Origin: Macrostomum lignano
Taxonomy: Eukaryota
Direction: 5' to 3'
Assembly: GCA_002269645.1 (NCBI GenBank)
Contig: NIVC01003332.1
Location: forward strand, 1 to 64,000
Length of the DNA: 64,000 bases
Below the pieces are notes generated by a model. It was not told where the DNA came from. It made no database searches and worked only from the letters and a program-made list of their open reading frames with translations. Below, piece after piece: positions 11,990 through 24,974 of the stretch. The translations under genes were made by a program, and so were the position numbers. The stretch's first letter is position 1, and every line of letters starts with the position of its first letter.

Positions 11990-13035
11990 AATGGTAGATT
12001 TGGAAGCTCAGTGGTAGATTTGGAAGCTCAGTGGTAGATTTGAAAGTTCACTGGTAGATTTGAAAGTTCACTGGTAGATTTGAAAGTTCACTGGTAGATT
12101 TGAAAGTTCACTGGTAGATGTGGAAGTTCATTGGTAGATTTGAAAGTTCGCTGGTAGATTTAGAAGTTCACTAGGAGATTTAGAAGTTCACTGGTAGATG
12201 TGGAAGTTCACTGGTAGATTTGAAAGTTCACTGGTAGATTTGAAAGTTCACTGGTAGATTTGAAAGTTCACTGGTAGATTTGAAAGTCACTGGTAGATTT
12301 GAAAGTTCACTGGTAGATTTGAAAGTTCACTGGTAGATTTGAAAGTCACTGGTAGATTTGAAAGTTCACTGGTAGATTTGAAAGTTCACTGGTAGATTTG
12401 AAAGTTCACTGGTAGATGTGGAAGTTCACTGGTAGATTTGAAAGTTCACTGGTAGATGTGGAAGTTCATTGGTAGATTTGAAAGTTCATTGATAGATTTG
12501 GAAGTTCGCTGGTAGATTTAGAAGTTCACTAGGAGATTTAGAAGTTCACTGGTAGATTTAGAAGTTCACTAAGAGATTTAGAAGTTCACTGGTAGATATG
12601 AAAGTTCACTGGTAGATATGAAAGTTCACTGGTAGATTGAAAGTTCACTGGTAGATTTAGAAGTTCACTAAGAGATTTAGAAGTTCACTGGTAGATATGA
12701 AAGTTCACTGGTAGATTTGGAAGTTCACTGGTAGATTTGGAAGTTCACTAAGAGATTTAGAAGTTCACTGGTAGATATGAAAGTTCACTGGTAGATATGA
12801 AAGTTCACTGGTAGATTGAAAGTTCACTGGTAGATTTAGAAGTTCACTAAGAGATTTAGAAGTTCACTGGTAGATATGAAAGTTCACTGGTAGATATGAA
12901 AGTTCACTGGTAGATTGAAAGTTCACTGGTAGATTTAGAAGTTCACTAAGAGATTTAGAAGTTCACTGGTAGATATGAAAGTTCACTGGTAGATTTGGAA
13001 GTTCACTGGTAGATTTGGAAGTTCACTGGTAGATT
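11990..13035. repeat. 20-nt minisatellite (GGTAGATTTGAAAGTTCACT)n immediately after the DAGL stop
   Basis: Read directly, ~1 kb. Confidence 0.97.
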
Positions 13036-13564
13036 CACTGCAGCAATCTCTGTTTTGCATTCGCAGATCGCACCCAAGAGCGTATCATATGTTATTAGCT
13101 GATCACAATGGAACAATTTTAAAATTCGACCAAACCATTTTTTCCTGCAATAAATTTAACCTGTTACTAATATAAAGTTTCTCTAATTTGCCAAGTTGTT
13201 ACAAAATAAATTATCAAACGTATATTTTAGCATATTTGTTTGTCAGTATTGCTATTAGCTGTTTTTTACCCAGCTGAGTTACCCATGTATAATAAACAAA
13301 ACTGCAACACGGTTTAATAGAGAGTTGTTTCATCAGTTTGAGTCTGCATTTTTTCTCTCTCGTTCAAAAGACTTAGGCAGCTTAAGACCCTCGGGCGCCG
13401 TGTGCAAATTCGGGTGCACTTTTGAGAGCTGCTCTGTCTATTGTTGATTTTTTCTGTGCTGTTTCGCCAAGGAGTTTGTGATTATGAAAATGACTGTCTG
13501 GATAGGAAAATAACTCCTTGCTTTGCACTGAATGTGGAGGAGAGAGCTGCTTGCACCATCTCGA

Positions 13565-14060
13565 AACCTTCACAAACTCGAATCTTCACAACTCGAATCT
13601 TCACAGACTCGAACCTTCACAGATTCAAATCTTCACAGACTTGAAACTTCACAGACTCGAACCTTCACAGACTCGAACCTTCACAGACTTGAAACTTCAC
13701 AGACTCGAACCTTCACAGACTCGAACCTTCACAGACTTGAAACTTCACAGACTCGAACCTTCACAGACTCGAACCTTCACAGATTCGAATCTTAACAGAC
13801 TCAAATCTTCACAGACTCGAACCTTCACAGACTCAAATCTTCACAGACTCAAATCTTAACAGACTCAAATCTTCACAACTCAAATCTTCACAACTCAAAT
13901 CTTCACAGACTTAAACCTTCAGACTCAAATCTTCACAGACTCAAATCTTCAGACTCAAATCTTCACAGACTTGAAACTTCACAGACTCGAACCTTCACAG
14001 ACTCTAATCTTCACAGACTCAAATCTTCACAAACTCAAATCTTCACAGACTCAAAACTTT
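13565..14060. repeat. 16-nt minisatellite (CTTCACAGACTCGAAC)n
   Basis: Read directly. Confidence 0.95.
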
Positions 14061-14829
14061 ACAACAGCTCACAACGGTTCACATCTTTAAGAATTCTCAC
14101 TTGTTACTTTTTGTTTTTCAATTTTTGAGTCATAGTGAGCTCAGCAGTTCTCAAGACTTCTCTCAAAGATATGAAGTCGGATGGATTAAAGATTAGTTAC
14201 ATAACTTCGTATGAGTAGTGTCTGTGAAATTCACTCAGTCCAGACTCTTTATTCCAGAAATCCATGCCTCTTGTTTCTCTTCGTCTCTCTCTCTCTCTCT
14301 CTCTTTTCTCGTTTTGGAAATGTCTAGAACTGCGCTCAGGCCCTCCACCTCCACTTTTCTTTTAAACAGGCCTTTTTATTAAGAACTCCAACTAGAGAAC
14401 AAGCCCGCAGGGTCCAGTGAGATCGGCATTATAAAATTTCGAGTACACTATAAAAGCATTGTGCAAAATTAGTGCGCTTGTGAGCACCCCCGGCCACCGC
14501 GTCAGCTGACTTCTGTGTGGACTTTTTAAAGAGTTCAAGTTTTGGCTTAGTATTGACTGATTGACTGACTGATTTATTGATTGATTGGTTGAAACCGAAT
14601 GAGCTACTCGTGGAGTGACCGCTTCTACCAGAGGTGAGCGCTTATAGCTAGGAAAGAAAGCCTTTTATTCCTGCGATATGGGACTTTTGTGTTTTACTTA
14701 CATGTATGTAAGATAATGTAAGACTGGATTGAGATAGTAATAGTGAGACAAAGGTCTGGATTCAACGAGGCTGTAGGACAGGCTACGAGCGTAAGACAAA
14801 TTAAGATAAACTTTAGATAGGATCGAACA

Positions 14830-15345
14830 GGATAAGTTAGGGTGAGATAGGATGAGTCAGAGTGAGATAGGATGAGTCATGGTGAGATGGAATGAGTCAG
14901 AGTGAGGGGATGAGTCAGGGTGAGATAGGATGAAGCAGGGGAGATAAGATGAAGCAGGAGGAGATAGGATGAGGCAGGGTGAGATAGGATTAGACAGGGT
15001 GAGATAGGATTAGACAGGGTGAGATAGGATTAGACAGGGTGAGATAGGATTAGACAGGGTGAGATAGGATTAGACAGGGTGAGATAGGATTAGACAGGGT
15101 GAGATAGGATTAAGCAGGGTGAGATAGGATTAGACAGGGTGAGATAGGATTAGACAGGGTGAGATAGGATGAGGCAGGGTGAGATAGGATTAGACAGGGT
15201 GAGATAGGATGAGGCAGGGTGAGATAGGATTAGACAGGGTGAGATAGGATTAGACAGGGTAAAATGGGATGAGGCAGGGTGAGATAGGATGAGACGCTGA
15301 GATAGGATGAGGCAGGGTGAGATAGGATGAGGCAGGGTTAGATGG
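14830..15345. repeat. 20-nt minisatellite (GGGTGAGATAGGATTAGACA)n
   Basis: Read directly. Lies between a candidate DALRD3 first exon (14599-14633) and the next exon. Confidence 0.95.
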
Positions 15346-15407
15346 GGTTTAGATACAATGAGACAGTTAGTCCACTTCCCCGCCCCAAACCGTGCCCGGC
15401 ATTTCAG

Positions 15408-17696
15408 ACTGTCGAGCCGGCAGAGCCGAGCCGGCCATCCGCCGCCGCCTGCGGCTGCCTTCAGTTTTCCTCGCCTTCGAGGCGGCTTCGAGCAGCGTCG
15501 CCAACGGCAGCTGCTGTCCGAGTGTTGAGCGCCGAGGCGCCCGCTTTCGGGTTCGAGTCGCTGCCGCCGGGCGTCCAGCCGTGTCCCCGCCAGTCCGTGC
15601 TGATCACCTGGCCGTGTCCACGGGGTGGTCGCCTGACCCCCCAAGGCGTACGAGTCGCATTGGTAGCAAATTTTGTGCTGCAAATCAACAGAGCGTTCGG
15701 TCATCGGGTTGACGACTTGGTCGCTTCCGTGCCGGCGGGCAAAGTCGATGGTTCGAATCCGAGCGGCTTGAATTGGGACGATGCAGGGGATTGTCGGAAA
15801 TCGCGACTGATGGCCGATGTTGACCGGCTGGGGCTGCGGCAGTGCCGCGTGGAGAGCGAGGACTGCTATGCTAGGGAGTCGCACCGGCTGGCTCAGGTGC
15901 GCGAGGGGCGGAATGGAGGGTTTTGGGGACGGAATGGAGGGTTTTGGGGGCGGAATGGAGGGGTCTGGAGGCGGAGCGGATTGTTTTCAGGGCGGAATGA
16001 ATTGTTTTAAGTGCGGAATGAAGGGTTTTAGTGGCGGAATGGAGGGTTTTAGTGGCGGAATGGAGGGTTTTAGTGGCGGAATGGAGGGTTTTAGTGGCGG
16101 AATGGAGGGTTTTAGTGGCGGAATGGAGGGTTTTAGTGGCGGAATGGAGGGTTTTAGTGGCGGAATGGAGGGTTTTAGTGGCGGAATGGAGGGTTTTAAG
16201 GGTGGAATGGAGGGTTTCAGGGGCGGAATGGAGGGTTTTAAGGGCGGAATGGAGGGTTTTAGTGGCGGAATGGAGGGTTTTAAGGGTGGAATGGAGGGTT
16301 TCAGGGGCGGAATGGAGGGTTTTAGTGGCGGAATGGAGGGTTTTAAGGGTGGAATGGAGGGTTTCAGGGGCGGAATGGAGGGTTTTAAGGGCGGAATGGA
16401 GGGTTTCAGGGGCGGAATGGAGGGTTTTAGTGGCGGAATGGAGGGTTTTAGTGGCGGAATGGAGGGTTTTAAGGGTGGAATGGAGGGTTTCAGGGGCGGA
16501 ATGGAGGGTTTTAAGGGCGGAATGGAGGGTTTCAGGGGCGGAATGGAGGGTTTTAGTGGCGGAATGGAGGGTTTTAGTGGCGGAATGGAGGGTTTTAAGG
16601 GCGGAATGGAGGGTTTTAGGGGCGGAATGGAGGTTGTCAGGGGCGGAATTAGGGGTTTAAGGGCGGAGCGGATTGTTTTCAGGGCGGAATGGAGGGTTTC
16701 GGGGGCGGAATGGAGGGTTTCAGGGGCGGAATGGAGGGTTTTAAGGGCGGAATGGAGGGTTTCAGGGGCAGAATGGAGGTTGTCAGGGGCGGAATGAGGG
16801 GTATAAGGGCGGAGCGGATTGTTTTAGGGGCGAAATGGAGGGTTTTAAGGGCGGAATGGAGATATAAAGTCGCGGAATGATGAGATAAAGGGGCGGAATG
16901 GTGAAATGAAGGGGCGGAATGGAGGTTTGGGGGCGGATTGGCGGCCAGAGTGTTAAACTGCACGCATCTGATGCCACTGAATCGAACCGACCGCACTCCG
17001 CAGACCCTGAGCCGGCTCCGCCTGGCAGGCAGCGAGTCCTGGTGCAGCAGGCGGCTTGGCGACCTGCTGGCAGCCCTGGCCCGCGCCGAGCGGTCCGGCT
17101 GCGGCCGCCTGCACTGGGTGGCCGGCAGCGATGAGGCCGAGCGATTCGCCGATCTGGCAGCGGGCCTGAGCCATCTGGGCTATCGAGAGCTCGCTAATCC
17201 GTCGCCTTGGCCGATGCACGTCAGCGTCGGGCCGGTTGCTATGGCAACAGGAACGCCCAGCGGGTTAGAAGATCTTCTGTCGGAATTTTGCAGCGAAAGT
17301 CGCGACAATCTGCTGCTGCAACTGCTGGCCGAGTCCAGGAGCCTCGCTGTGCAGCTGCGGAGCTCTGCGGCTGGTGGCGGAGCGCTGACCGCTGCGATGC
17401 TGCGACAGGCTCGCGACCGACTGATGGAGTTCGAGTCGGCGGCTGGCACCCAGCCCGGCAGCTGGGAGCCCAGCAATGAGTCAGCGTTGGCCAGCTACTT
17501 GGCTGAGTTTCCCACCGCTGCCGGGCTGGCCTACCTCACCTATGAGCCCGCCCACCTGGTGGCTTACCTGTCCGGGCTCGTTCAGCTGACCCATGGCGAC
17601 TGGCTGTGCGGCCGGCGCCTTCTGGCTGCTGCGGCTGGCCGAGTTCTGAGCTCTGGCTGCGCTGTGCTGGGACTGACTGCCGGCCTGGCTTGCTGA
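15408..17696 (+). CDS. DALRD3: DALR anticodon-binding domain-containing protein 3 (ArgRS-like pseudo-synthetase)
   Basis: Exons ~15371/15408-15896 and 17004-17696, joined in phase 0. RVLSAEAPAF...VLITWPCP...VRVALVANFVLQINRAFGHRV resembles the DALRD3 N-terminal region. The C-terminus EFP...YEPAHLVAYL...RLLAAAAGRVLSSGCAVLGL is a DALR-type helical domain. HIGH and KMSKS motifs are absent. Candidate upstream exon 14599-14633 (MSYSWSDRFYQ) is uncertain. Confidence 0.75.
15900..16930. repeat. 21-nt G-rich minisatellite (GGCGGAATGGAGGGTTTTAGT)n filling the DALRD3 intron
   Basis: Lies between donor CAG|GTGCGC (15897) and acceptor CCGCAG| (17003). Confidence 0.97.
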
Positions 17697-17714
17697 GCTG
17701 CCTGTCTGTCTGCC

Positions 17715-17761
<47 letters not shown>

Positions 17762-17802
17762 ATGTCTGTCTGTCTGTTTGTCTGTATGTCTGTCTGTCTG
17801 TA

Positions 17803-17881
<79 letters not shown>

Positions 17882-17882
17882 A

Positions 17883-17945
<63 letters not shown>

Positions 17946-17962
17946 GTGTCTGTCTGCCTGCC

Positions 17963-17999
<37 letters not shown>

Positions 18000-18042
18000 G
18001 ACTGACTGACTGACTGACTGTCTGTCTGTCTGTCTGTCTGAC

Positions 18043-18117
<75 letters not shown>

Positions 18118-18226
18118 GTGTCTGTCTGTCTGTCTGTCTGTCTGCCTGCCTGTCTGTCTGTCTGTCTGTCTGACTGACTGACTGACTGTCTGTCTGTCTG
18201 TCTGTCTGACTGACTGACTGACTGAC

Positions 18227-18262
<36 letters not shown>
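17697..18262. repeat. (TGTC)n microsatellite
   Basis: Read directly, begins at the DALRD3 stop. Confidence 0.97.
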
Positions 18263-18554
18263 ATAGTGCCTACTGAGTTACATAAACTAAAGTACCAATC
18301 GTTGTTTTTTGAAGGGCTCAACTAACATTTATATTGAGTTTTTTTGTAATTAAAACATTTCTGCTATTTAAATAATCATACCTCAGGCATCACAAGCATC
18401 GAATCAATCATTTTAAAATGCTCTACACTTTCTAAAACTGATGTTTGTAAATACACAAGGATTTGTCTAATCGTTCAGTAAAGTATATTAACGTACTTCA
18501 TGCAAACTAAGTGATATTTATCATTGCATCTAGTTGATCAAAATAAAAAAGAAT

Positions 18555-19450
18555 AATGACCAAACTGTAGAACAGAATAATGACCAGTCATAGGTTAATG
18601 ACCAATCATAGACAAGAGATGACCAATCATAGCCAGATCAATGACCAATCAAAGACAAGAGAATTACCAATCATAGACAGGATAATGACCAATCATAAAC
18701 AAGAGAATGACCTATCGTAGACAGGATAATGACCAATCATAGACAGGATAATGACCAATCATAGACAGAATAATGACCAATCATAGACAAGAGATGACCA
18801 ATCATAGCCAAATCAATGACCAATCATAGACAAGAGATGACCAATCATGGCCAGATCAATGAACAATCATAGACAAGAGAATTACCAATCATAGACAGGA
18901 TAATGACCAATCATAGACAGGATAATGACCAATCATAGACAGGATAATGACTAATCATAGACAGGATAATGACCAATCATAGACAGGATAATGACCAATC
19001 ATAGACAGGATAATGACCAATCATAGACAGGATAATGACCAATCATAGAAAGAACAATGACCAATCATAGACAGGATAATGACCAATCATAGACAGGATA
19101 ATGACCAATCATAGAAAGAACAATGACCAATCATAGACAGGATAATGACCAATCATAGACAGGATAATGACCCATCATAGACAAGAGAATGACCAATCAT
19201 AGCCAGGATAATGACAAATCATAGACAAGAGAATGACTAATCATAGACAGAACAATTACCAATCATAGACATGATAATGACCAATCATAGACAGGATAAT
19301 GACCAATCATAGACAGGATAATGACTAATCATAGACAGAATAATGACCAATCATAGACAGGATAATGACCAATCATAGACAGGATAATGACCAATCATAG
19401 ACAAGAGAATAACCAATCATAGCCAGATCAATGATCAATCATAGACAGTA
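18555..19450. repeat. 22-nt minisatellite (GACCAATCATAGACAGGATAAT)n
   Basis: About 40 copies directly upstream of the MYND gene. Confidence 0.97.
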
Positions 19451-19597
19451 TAAAGACAAGCCATATGATACGGGGAAACCACAGACAGGGTATAAACAAC
19501 AATAGGATAATAATCAGCGAGCAATGACCAATTTTAAAAGATGCTAATCTCCAGAGATTTTGGATTTTTCTGTTCGAGCTCGCCGCTCTCAAATTCG

Positions 19598-22500
19598 ATG
19601 GATCAGCTGCGCCAGCACCCGGACATCTTGCAGCAGATGCGAGCGGCCGATTCGTATCCGAAAAATCATCACCCCAACGAGGCGGCCAACGTGGCCAAAT
19701 TTCGCCACAAAGTGAAAAGACCCGCCGATTGGTTCAAACGGCCGTCCAGCAATCCCCTGATTGATGATCTGTACTTTCCGACCTTTGACAGGCTGCCGAT
19801 GGATAACGATTATGATGAGGATTTTTATGAGGGGTTGGTTGATTTTTTGGCTGCTAACATTGCAAATTTGGGGAGAATGATGTAGGGAGGTAGCTAGGGG
19901 TGGATGATGTAGGGAGGTAGCTAGGGTCGGATGATGTAGAGAGGTAGTTAGGGTCGGATGATGTAGAGAGGTAGCTAGGGTTGGATGATGTAGGGAGGTA
20001 GCTAGGGTCGGATGATGTAGAGAGGTAGCTAGGGGTGGATGATGAAGGGAGGTAGGTAGCTAGGAGCGGATGATGTAGAGAGGTAGCGAGAGTCGCATGA
20101 TGTAGGGCGGTAGATAGGGGCGGATGATGTAGGGAGGTAGCTAGGGTCGGATGATGTAGAGAGGTAGCTAGGGTCGGATGATGTAGAGAGGTAGCTAGGG
20201 TCGGATGATGTAGAGAGGTAGCTAGGGTCGGATGATGTAGAGAGGTAGCTAGGGTCGGATGATGTAGGGAGGTAGCTAGGGTCGGATGATGAAGGGAGGT
20301 AACTAGGGGTGGATGATGAAGGGAGGTAGGTAGCTAGGAGCGGATGATGTAGAGAGGTAGCGAGAGTCGCATGATGTAGGGCGGTAGATAGGGGCGGATG
20401 ATGTAGGGAGGTAGCTAGGGTCGGATGATGTAGAGAGGTAGCTAGGGTCGGATGATGTAGAGAGGTAGCTAGGGTCAGATGATGTAGAGAGGTAGCTAGG
20501 GTCGGATGATGTAGAGAGGTAGCTAGGGTCGGATGATGTAGAGAGGTAGTTAGGGTCGGATGATGTAGAGAGGTAGCTAGGGTCGGATGATGTAGGGAGG
20601 TAGCTAGGGTCGGATGATGAAGGGAGGTAACTAGGGGTGGATGATGAAGGGAGGTAGGTAGCTAGGAGCGGATGATGTAGAGAGGTAGCGAGGGTCGCAT
20701 GATGTAGGGCGGTAGATAGGGGCGGATGATGTAGGGAGGTAGCTAGGGTTGGATGATGTAGGGAGGTAGCTAGGGTTGGATGATGTAGAGAGGTAGCTAA
20801 GGTCGCATGATGTAGAGCGGTAGATAGGGGTGGATGATGTAGGGATGTAGCTAGGGTTGGATGATGTAGGGAGGTAGCTAGGGTTGGATGATGTAGAGAG
20901 GTAGCGAGGGTCGCATGATGTAGGGTGGTAGATAGGGTTGGATGATGTAGAGAGGTAGCTAGGGTCGCATGATGTAGAGAGGTAGCTAGTGTTGAATGAT
21001 ATAGGGAGGTAGCTAGGGTGAATGATGTAGGGAGATCGCTAAGGGTGGATGATGAAGGGAGGTAACTAGGGGTGGATGATGAAGGGAGGTAGGTAGCTAG
21101 GAGCGGATGATGAAGGGAGGTAGGTAGCTAGGAGCGGATGATGAAGGGAGGTAGGTAGCTAGGAGCGGATGATGAAGGGAGGTAGGTAGCTAGGAGCGGA
21201 TGATGGGAGATAGGTAGCTAGGTGCGGATGATGTAGGTCGGTAGCTACAGGTTGATAAAGCCAGGTAGCTAGGGGCGGATGATGCAGAAGTGTACGAGTA
21301 TTTGGGGGTTGCCATCCTCGCGCTCACTGCTTGGGTTGATTCCCCTCCCGCAGCAACTTCTACCGCAAATTCTGGGTCCTACTGGCGGAAATCTCAGACG
21401 CCTCGCACGCTGGCATCAGTTTTCTGCGCAACGCGGTCACAGCCAGAGACAGAAGAGGCCGGGATTTCCGGATATTCTTCTATCCCGACAGTGACAGCGG
21501 CCAGTTCGACTATCGCAGTCTGCGCAAGGGCAGCACAATGGTGATGTTCTGCCCTGTCCAGCATCAGTTCCTAGACGGTCAGATCGGTCTGAGAATGGAA
21601 CAGCTGGAGACTGTGCGGGTGCTGCACTTGCCGCTGTCGGCTGTGCGGCGCACTGCGGCTCTCGTCCATGGCTGCTCTGTGCACAAGTGAGCTGATCTCT
21701 GTTGCAGGGGCGGATAGGTCAGGTTGAAGGGGCGGATAGATCAGGTTGCAGGGGCGGATAGATCAGGTTGCAGGGGTGGATAGATCAGGTTGCAGAGGCG
21801 GATAGATCAGGTTGCAGGGGTGGATAGATCAGGTTGCAGTTGCGGATAGATCAGATTGCAGGGGTGGATAGATCAGATTGCAGGGGGAAAGATCAGGTTG
21901 AAGGGGCGGATAGATCAGGTTGAAGGAGCGGATAGATCAGGTTGCAAGGGGGGATAGATCAGGTTGCAGGGGCGGATAGATCAGGTTGCAGGGCTGGAAA
22001 GATCAGATTGCAGGGCCAGATAGATAGAATTGCAGGGGCGGATAGATCAGATTGCAGGGCCGGATAGATCAGGTTGCAGGGGCGGATAGATCAGGTTGCA
22101 GGGGTGGATAGATCAGATTGCAGGGGTGGATAGATCAGATTGCAGGGGCGGATAGATCAGGTTGCAGGGGTGGATAGATCAGATTGCAGGGGCGGCTAGA
22201 TCAGGTTGCAGGGGCGCATAGATCAGGTTGCAGGGGCGCATAGATCAGGTTGCAGAGGCGGATAGATCAGGTTGCAGAGGCAGATAGATCAGATTGCAGG
22301 GGCGGATAGATCAGATTGCAGGGGCGGATAGATCAGATTGCAGGGGTGGATAGATCAAATTGCAGGGGTGGATAGATCAGATTGCAGGGGCGGATAGATC
22401 AGGTTGCAGGGGTGGATAGATCAGATTGCAGGGGTGGATAGATCAGATTGCAGGGGTGGATAGATCAGATTGCAGGGGCGGATAGATCAGGTTGCAGGGG

Positions 22501-24935
22501 TGGATAGATCAGGTTGCAGAGGCGGATAGATCAGGTTGCAGGGGCGGATAGATCAGGTTGCAGAGGCGGATAGATCAGATTGCAGGGGCGGATAGATCAG
22601 GTTGCAGGGGTGGATAGATCAGATTGCAGGGCCGGATAGATCAGGTTGCAGGGGCGGATAGATCAGGTTGCAGGGGTGGATAGATCAGATTGCAGGGGTG
22701 GATAGATCAGATTGCAGGGGCGGATAGATCAGGTTGCAGGGGTGGATAGATCAGATTGCAGGGGCGGCTAGATCAGGTTGCAGGGGCGCATAGATCAGGT
22801 TGCAGAGGCGGATAGATCAGGTTGCAGAGGCAGATAGATCAGATTGCAGGGGCGGATAGATCAGGTTGCAGAGGCGGATAGATCAGGTTGCAGAGGCGGA
22901 TAGATCAGGTTGCAGGGGTGGATAGATCAGGTTGCAGGGGTGGATAGATCAGGTTGCAGGGGCGGATAGATCAGGTTGCAGTTGCGGATAGATCAGGTTG
23001 CAGTTGCGGATAGATCAGGTTGCAGGGGCGGATAGATCAGATTGCAGGGGCGGATAGATCAGGTTGCAGAGGCGGATAGATCAGGTTGCAGAGGCGGATA
23101 GATCAGGTTGCAGTGGCGGATAGATCAGGTTGCAGGGGCGGATAGATCAGGTTGCAGGGGCGGATAGATCAGGTTGCAGGGGCGGATAGATCAGGTTGCA
23201 GGGGCGGATAGATCAGGTTGCAGGGGCGGATAGATCAGGTTGCAGGGGCGGATAGATCAGGTTGCAGAGGCGGATAGATCAGATTGCAGAGGCGGATAGA
23301 TCAGATTGCAGGGGCGGATAGATCAGGTTGCAGGGGTGGATAGATCAGATTGCAGGGGCGGATAGATCAGGTTGCAGCGGCGGATAGATCAGGTTGCAGT
23401 TGCGGATAGATCAGGTTGCAGGGGCGGATAGATCAGGTTGCAGGGGCGGATAGATCAGATTGCAGAGGCGGATAGATCAGATTGCAGGGGCGGATAGATC
23501 AGGTTGCAGGGGTGGATAGATCAGATTGCAGGGGCGGATAGATCAGGTTGCAGCGGCGGATAGATCAGGTTGCAGTTGCGGATAGATCAGGTTGCAGGGG
23601 CGGATAGATCAGGTTGCAGGGGCGGATAGATCAGGTTGCAGAGGCGGATAGATCAGGTTGCAGAGGCGGATAGATCAGGTTGCAGGGGTGGATAGATCAG
23701 GTTGCAGGGGTGGATAGATCAGGTTGCAGTGGCGGATAGATCAGGTTGCAGCGGCGGATATTTCAGGTTGCAGTTGCGGATAGATCAGGTTGCAGGGGCG
23801 GATAGATCAGGTTGCAGGGGCGGATAGATCAGGTTGCAGAGGCGGATAGATCAGGTTGCAGAGGCGGATAGATCAGGTTGCAGGGGTGGATAGATCAGGT
23901 TGCAGGGGTGGATAGATCAGATTGCAGGGGCGGATAGATCAGGTTGCAGGGGCGGATAGATCAGGTTGCAGTTGCGGATAGATCAGGTTGCAGGGGCGGA
24001 TAGATCAGGTTGCAGGGGCGGATAGATCAGATTGCAGGGGCGGATAGATCAGGTTGCAGAGGCGGATAGATCAGGTTGCAGAGGCGGATAGATCAGGTTG
24101 CAGGGGTGGATAGATCAGGTTGCAGGGGTGGATAGATCAGGTTGCAGGGGCGGATAGATCAGGTTGCAGTTGCGGATAGATCAGGTTGCAGTTGCGGATA
24201 GATCAGGTTGCAGGGGCGGATAGATCAGATTGCAGGGGCGGATAGATCAGGTTGCAGAGGCGGATAGATCAGGTTGCAGAGGCGGATAGATCAGGTTGCA
24301 GTGGCGGATAGATCAGGTTGCAGGGGCGGATAGATCAGGTTGCAGGGGCGGATAGATCAGGTTGCAGGGGCGGATAGATCAGGTTGCAGGGGCGGATAGA
24401 TCAGGTTGCAGGGGCGGATAGATCAGGTTGCAGGGGCGGATAGATCAGGTTGCAGGGGCGGATAGATCAGGTTGCAGGGGCGGATAGATCAGGTTGCAGT
24501 TGCGGATAGATCAGGTTGCAGGGGCGGATAGATCAGGTTGCAGGGGCGGATAGATCAGGTTGCAGGGGCGGATAGATCAGGTTGCAGGGGCGGATAGATC
24601 AGGTTGCAGGGGCGGATAGATCAGGTTGCAGGGGCGGATAGATCACACCTATCCTCGTATATATTCTACGAGCAAACATTCGCAGGTGCTGGGTGTGCCA
24701 GTCTGCCCGACAGCAGAGGCAGAGCCTGTACCGCTGCACCGGTTGCGGCTACGCCCGCTACTGCAGCCGCGACTGTCAGCTCAGCGACTTGGCCCGTCAC
24801 AAAGCCGAATGCGCTTCCGGTGGCCGCTTGCTACGCCAGATTGCCCGTCTGGTGTACTTCCGCTACGACAGTGCAGTCAGTCAGCAGCGCTTCGATGATG
24901 TCTACGTGTCGCATCCGTTTGATCTGCACTCTTAG
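19598..24935 (+). CDS. Uncharacterised MYND-type zinc finger protein (272 aa, 3 exons)
   Basis: Exons 19598-19833, 21354-21686, 24686-24935. Both junctions are phase 2 and the total is 819 nt. N-terminal domain FPTFDRLPMDND...FYRKFWVLLAEI...FFYPD...LRKGSTM...HQFLDGQIGLRME. C-terminal MYND CWVC...CTGC...YCSRDCQ...HKAEC. AATAAA at 24936. Exon 2 is missing from the ORF track in this frame. Confidence 0.88.
19880..21280. repeat. 27-nt minisatellite (GGATGATGTAGAGAGGTAGCTAGGGTC)n, MYND gene intron 1
   Basis: Read directly. Confidence 0.97.
21700..24645. repeat. 22-nt minisatellite (GCAGGGGCGGATAGATCAGGTT)n, MYND gene intron 2
   Basis: About 2.9 kb. Variant-unit strings recur (e.g. ~22965-23120 vs ~24155-24310), indicating block duplication. 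Confidence 0.97.
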
Positions 24936-24974
24936 AATAAAACAGTTGGCTAGATAGCCTGATTCTCAATCTGT

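Noticed and set aside
15817-16797. 326-aa GGMEGF-repeat ORF resembling a glycine-rich or prion-like protein
   Set aside because: Lies between phase-matched DALRD3 donor (15897) and acceptor (17003), so it is an intronic array.
17235-17250. X-box-like GTTGCTATGGCAAC
   Set aside because: Inside the DALRD3 coding exon (VAMAT codons), single and far from a known start, so probably incidental.
21700-24645. Regular short repeats suggestive of a CRISPR array
   Set aside because: Head-to-tail units with no unique spacers, in a eukaryotic intron, with no cas genes. The same applies to all other arrays.
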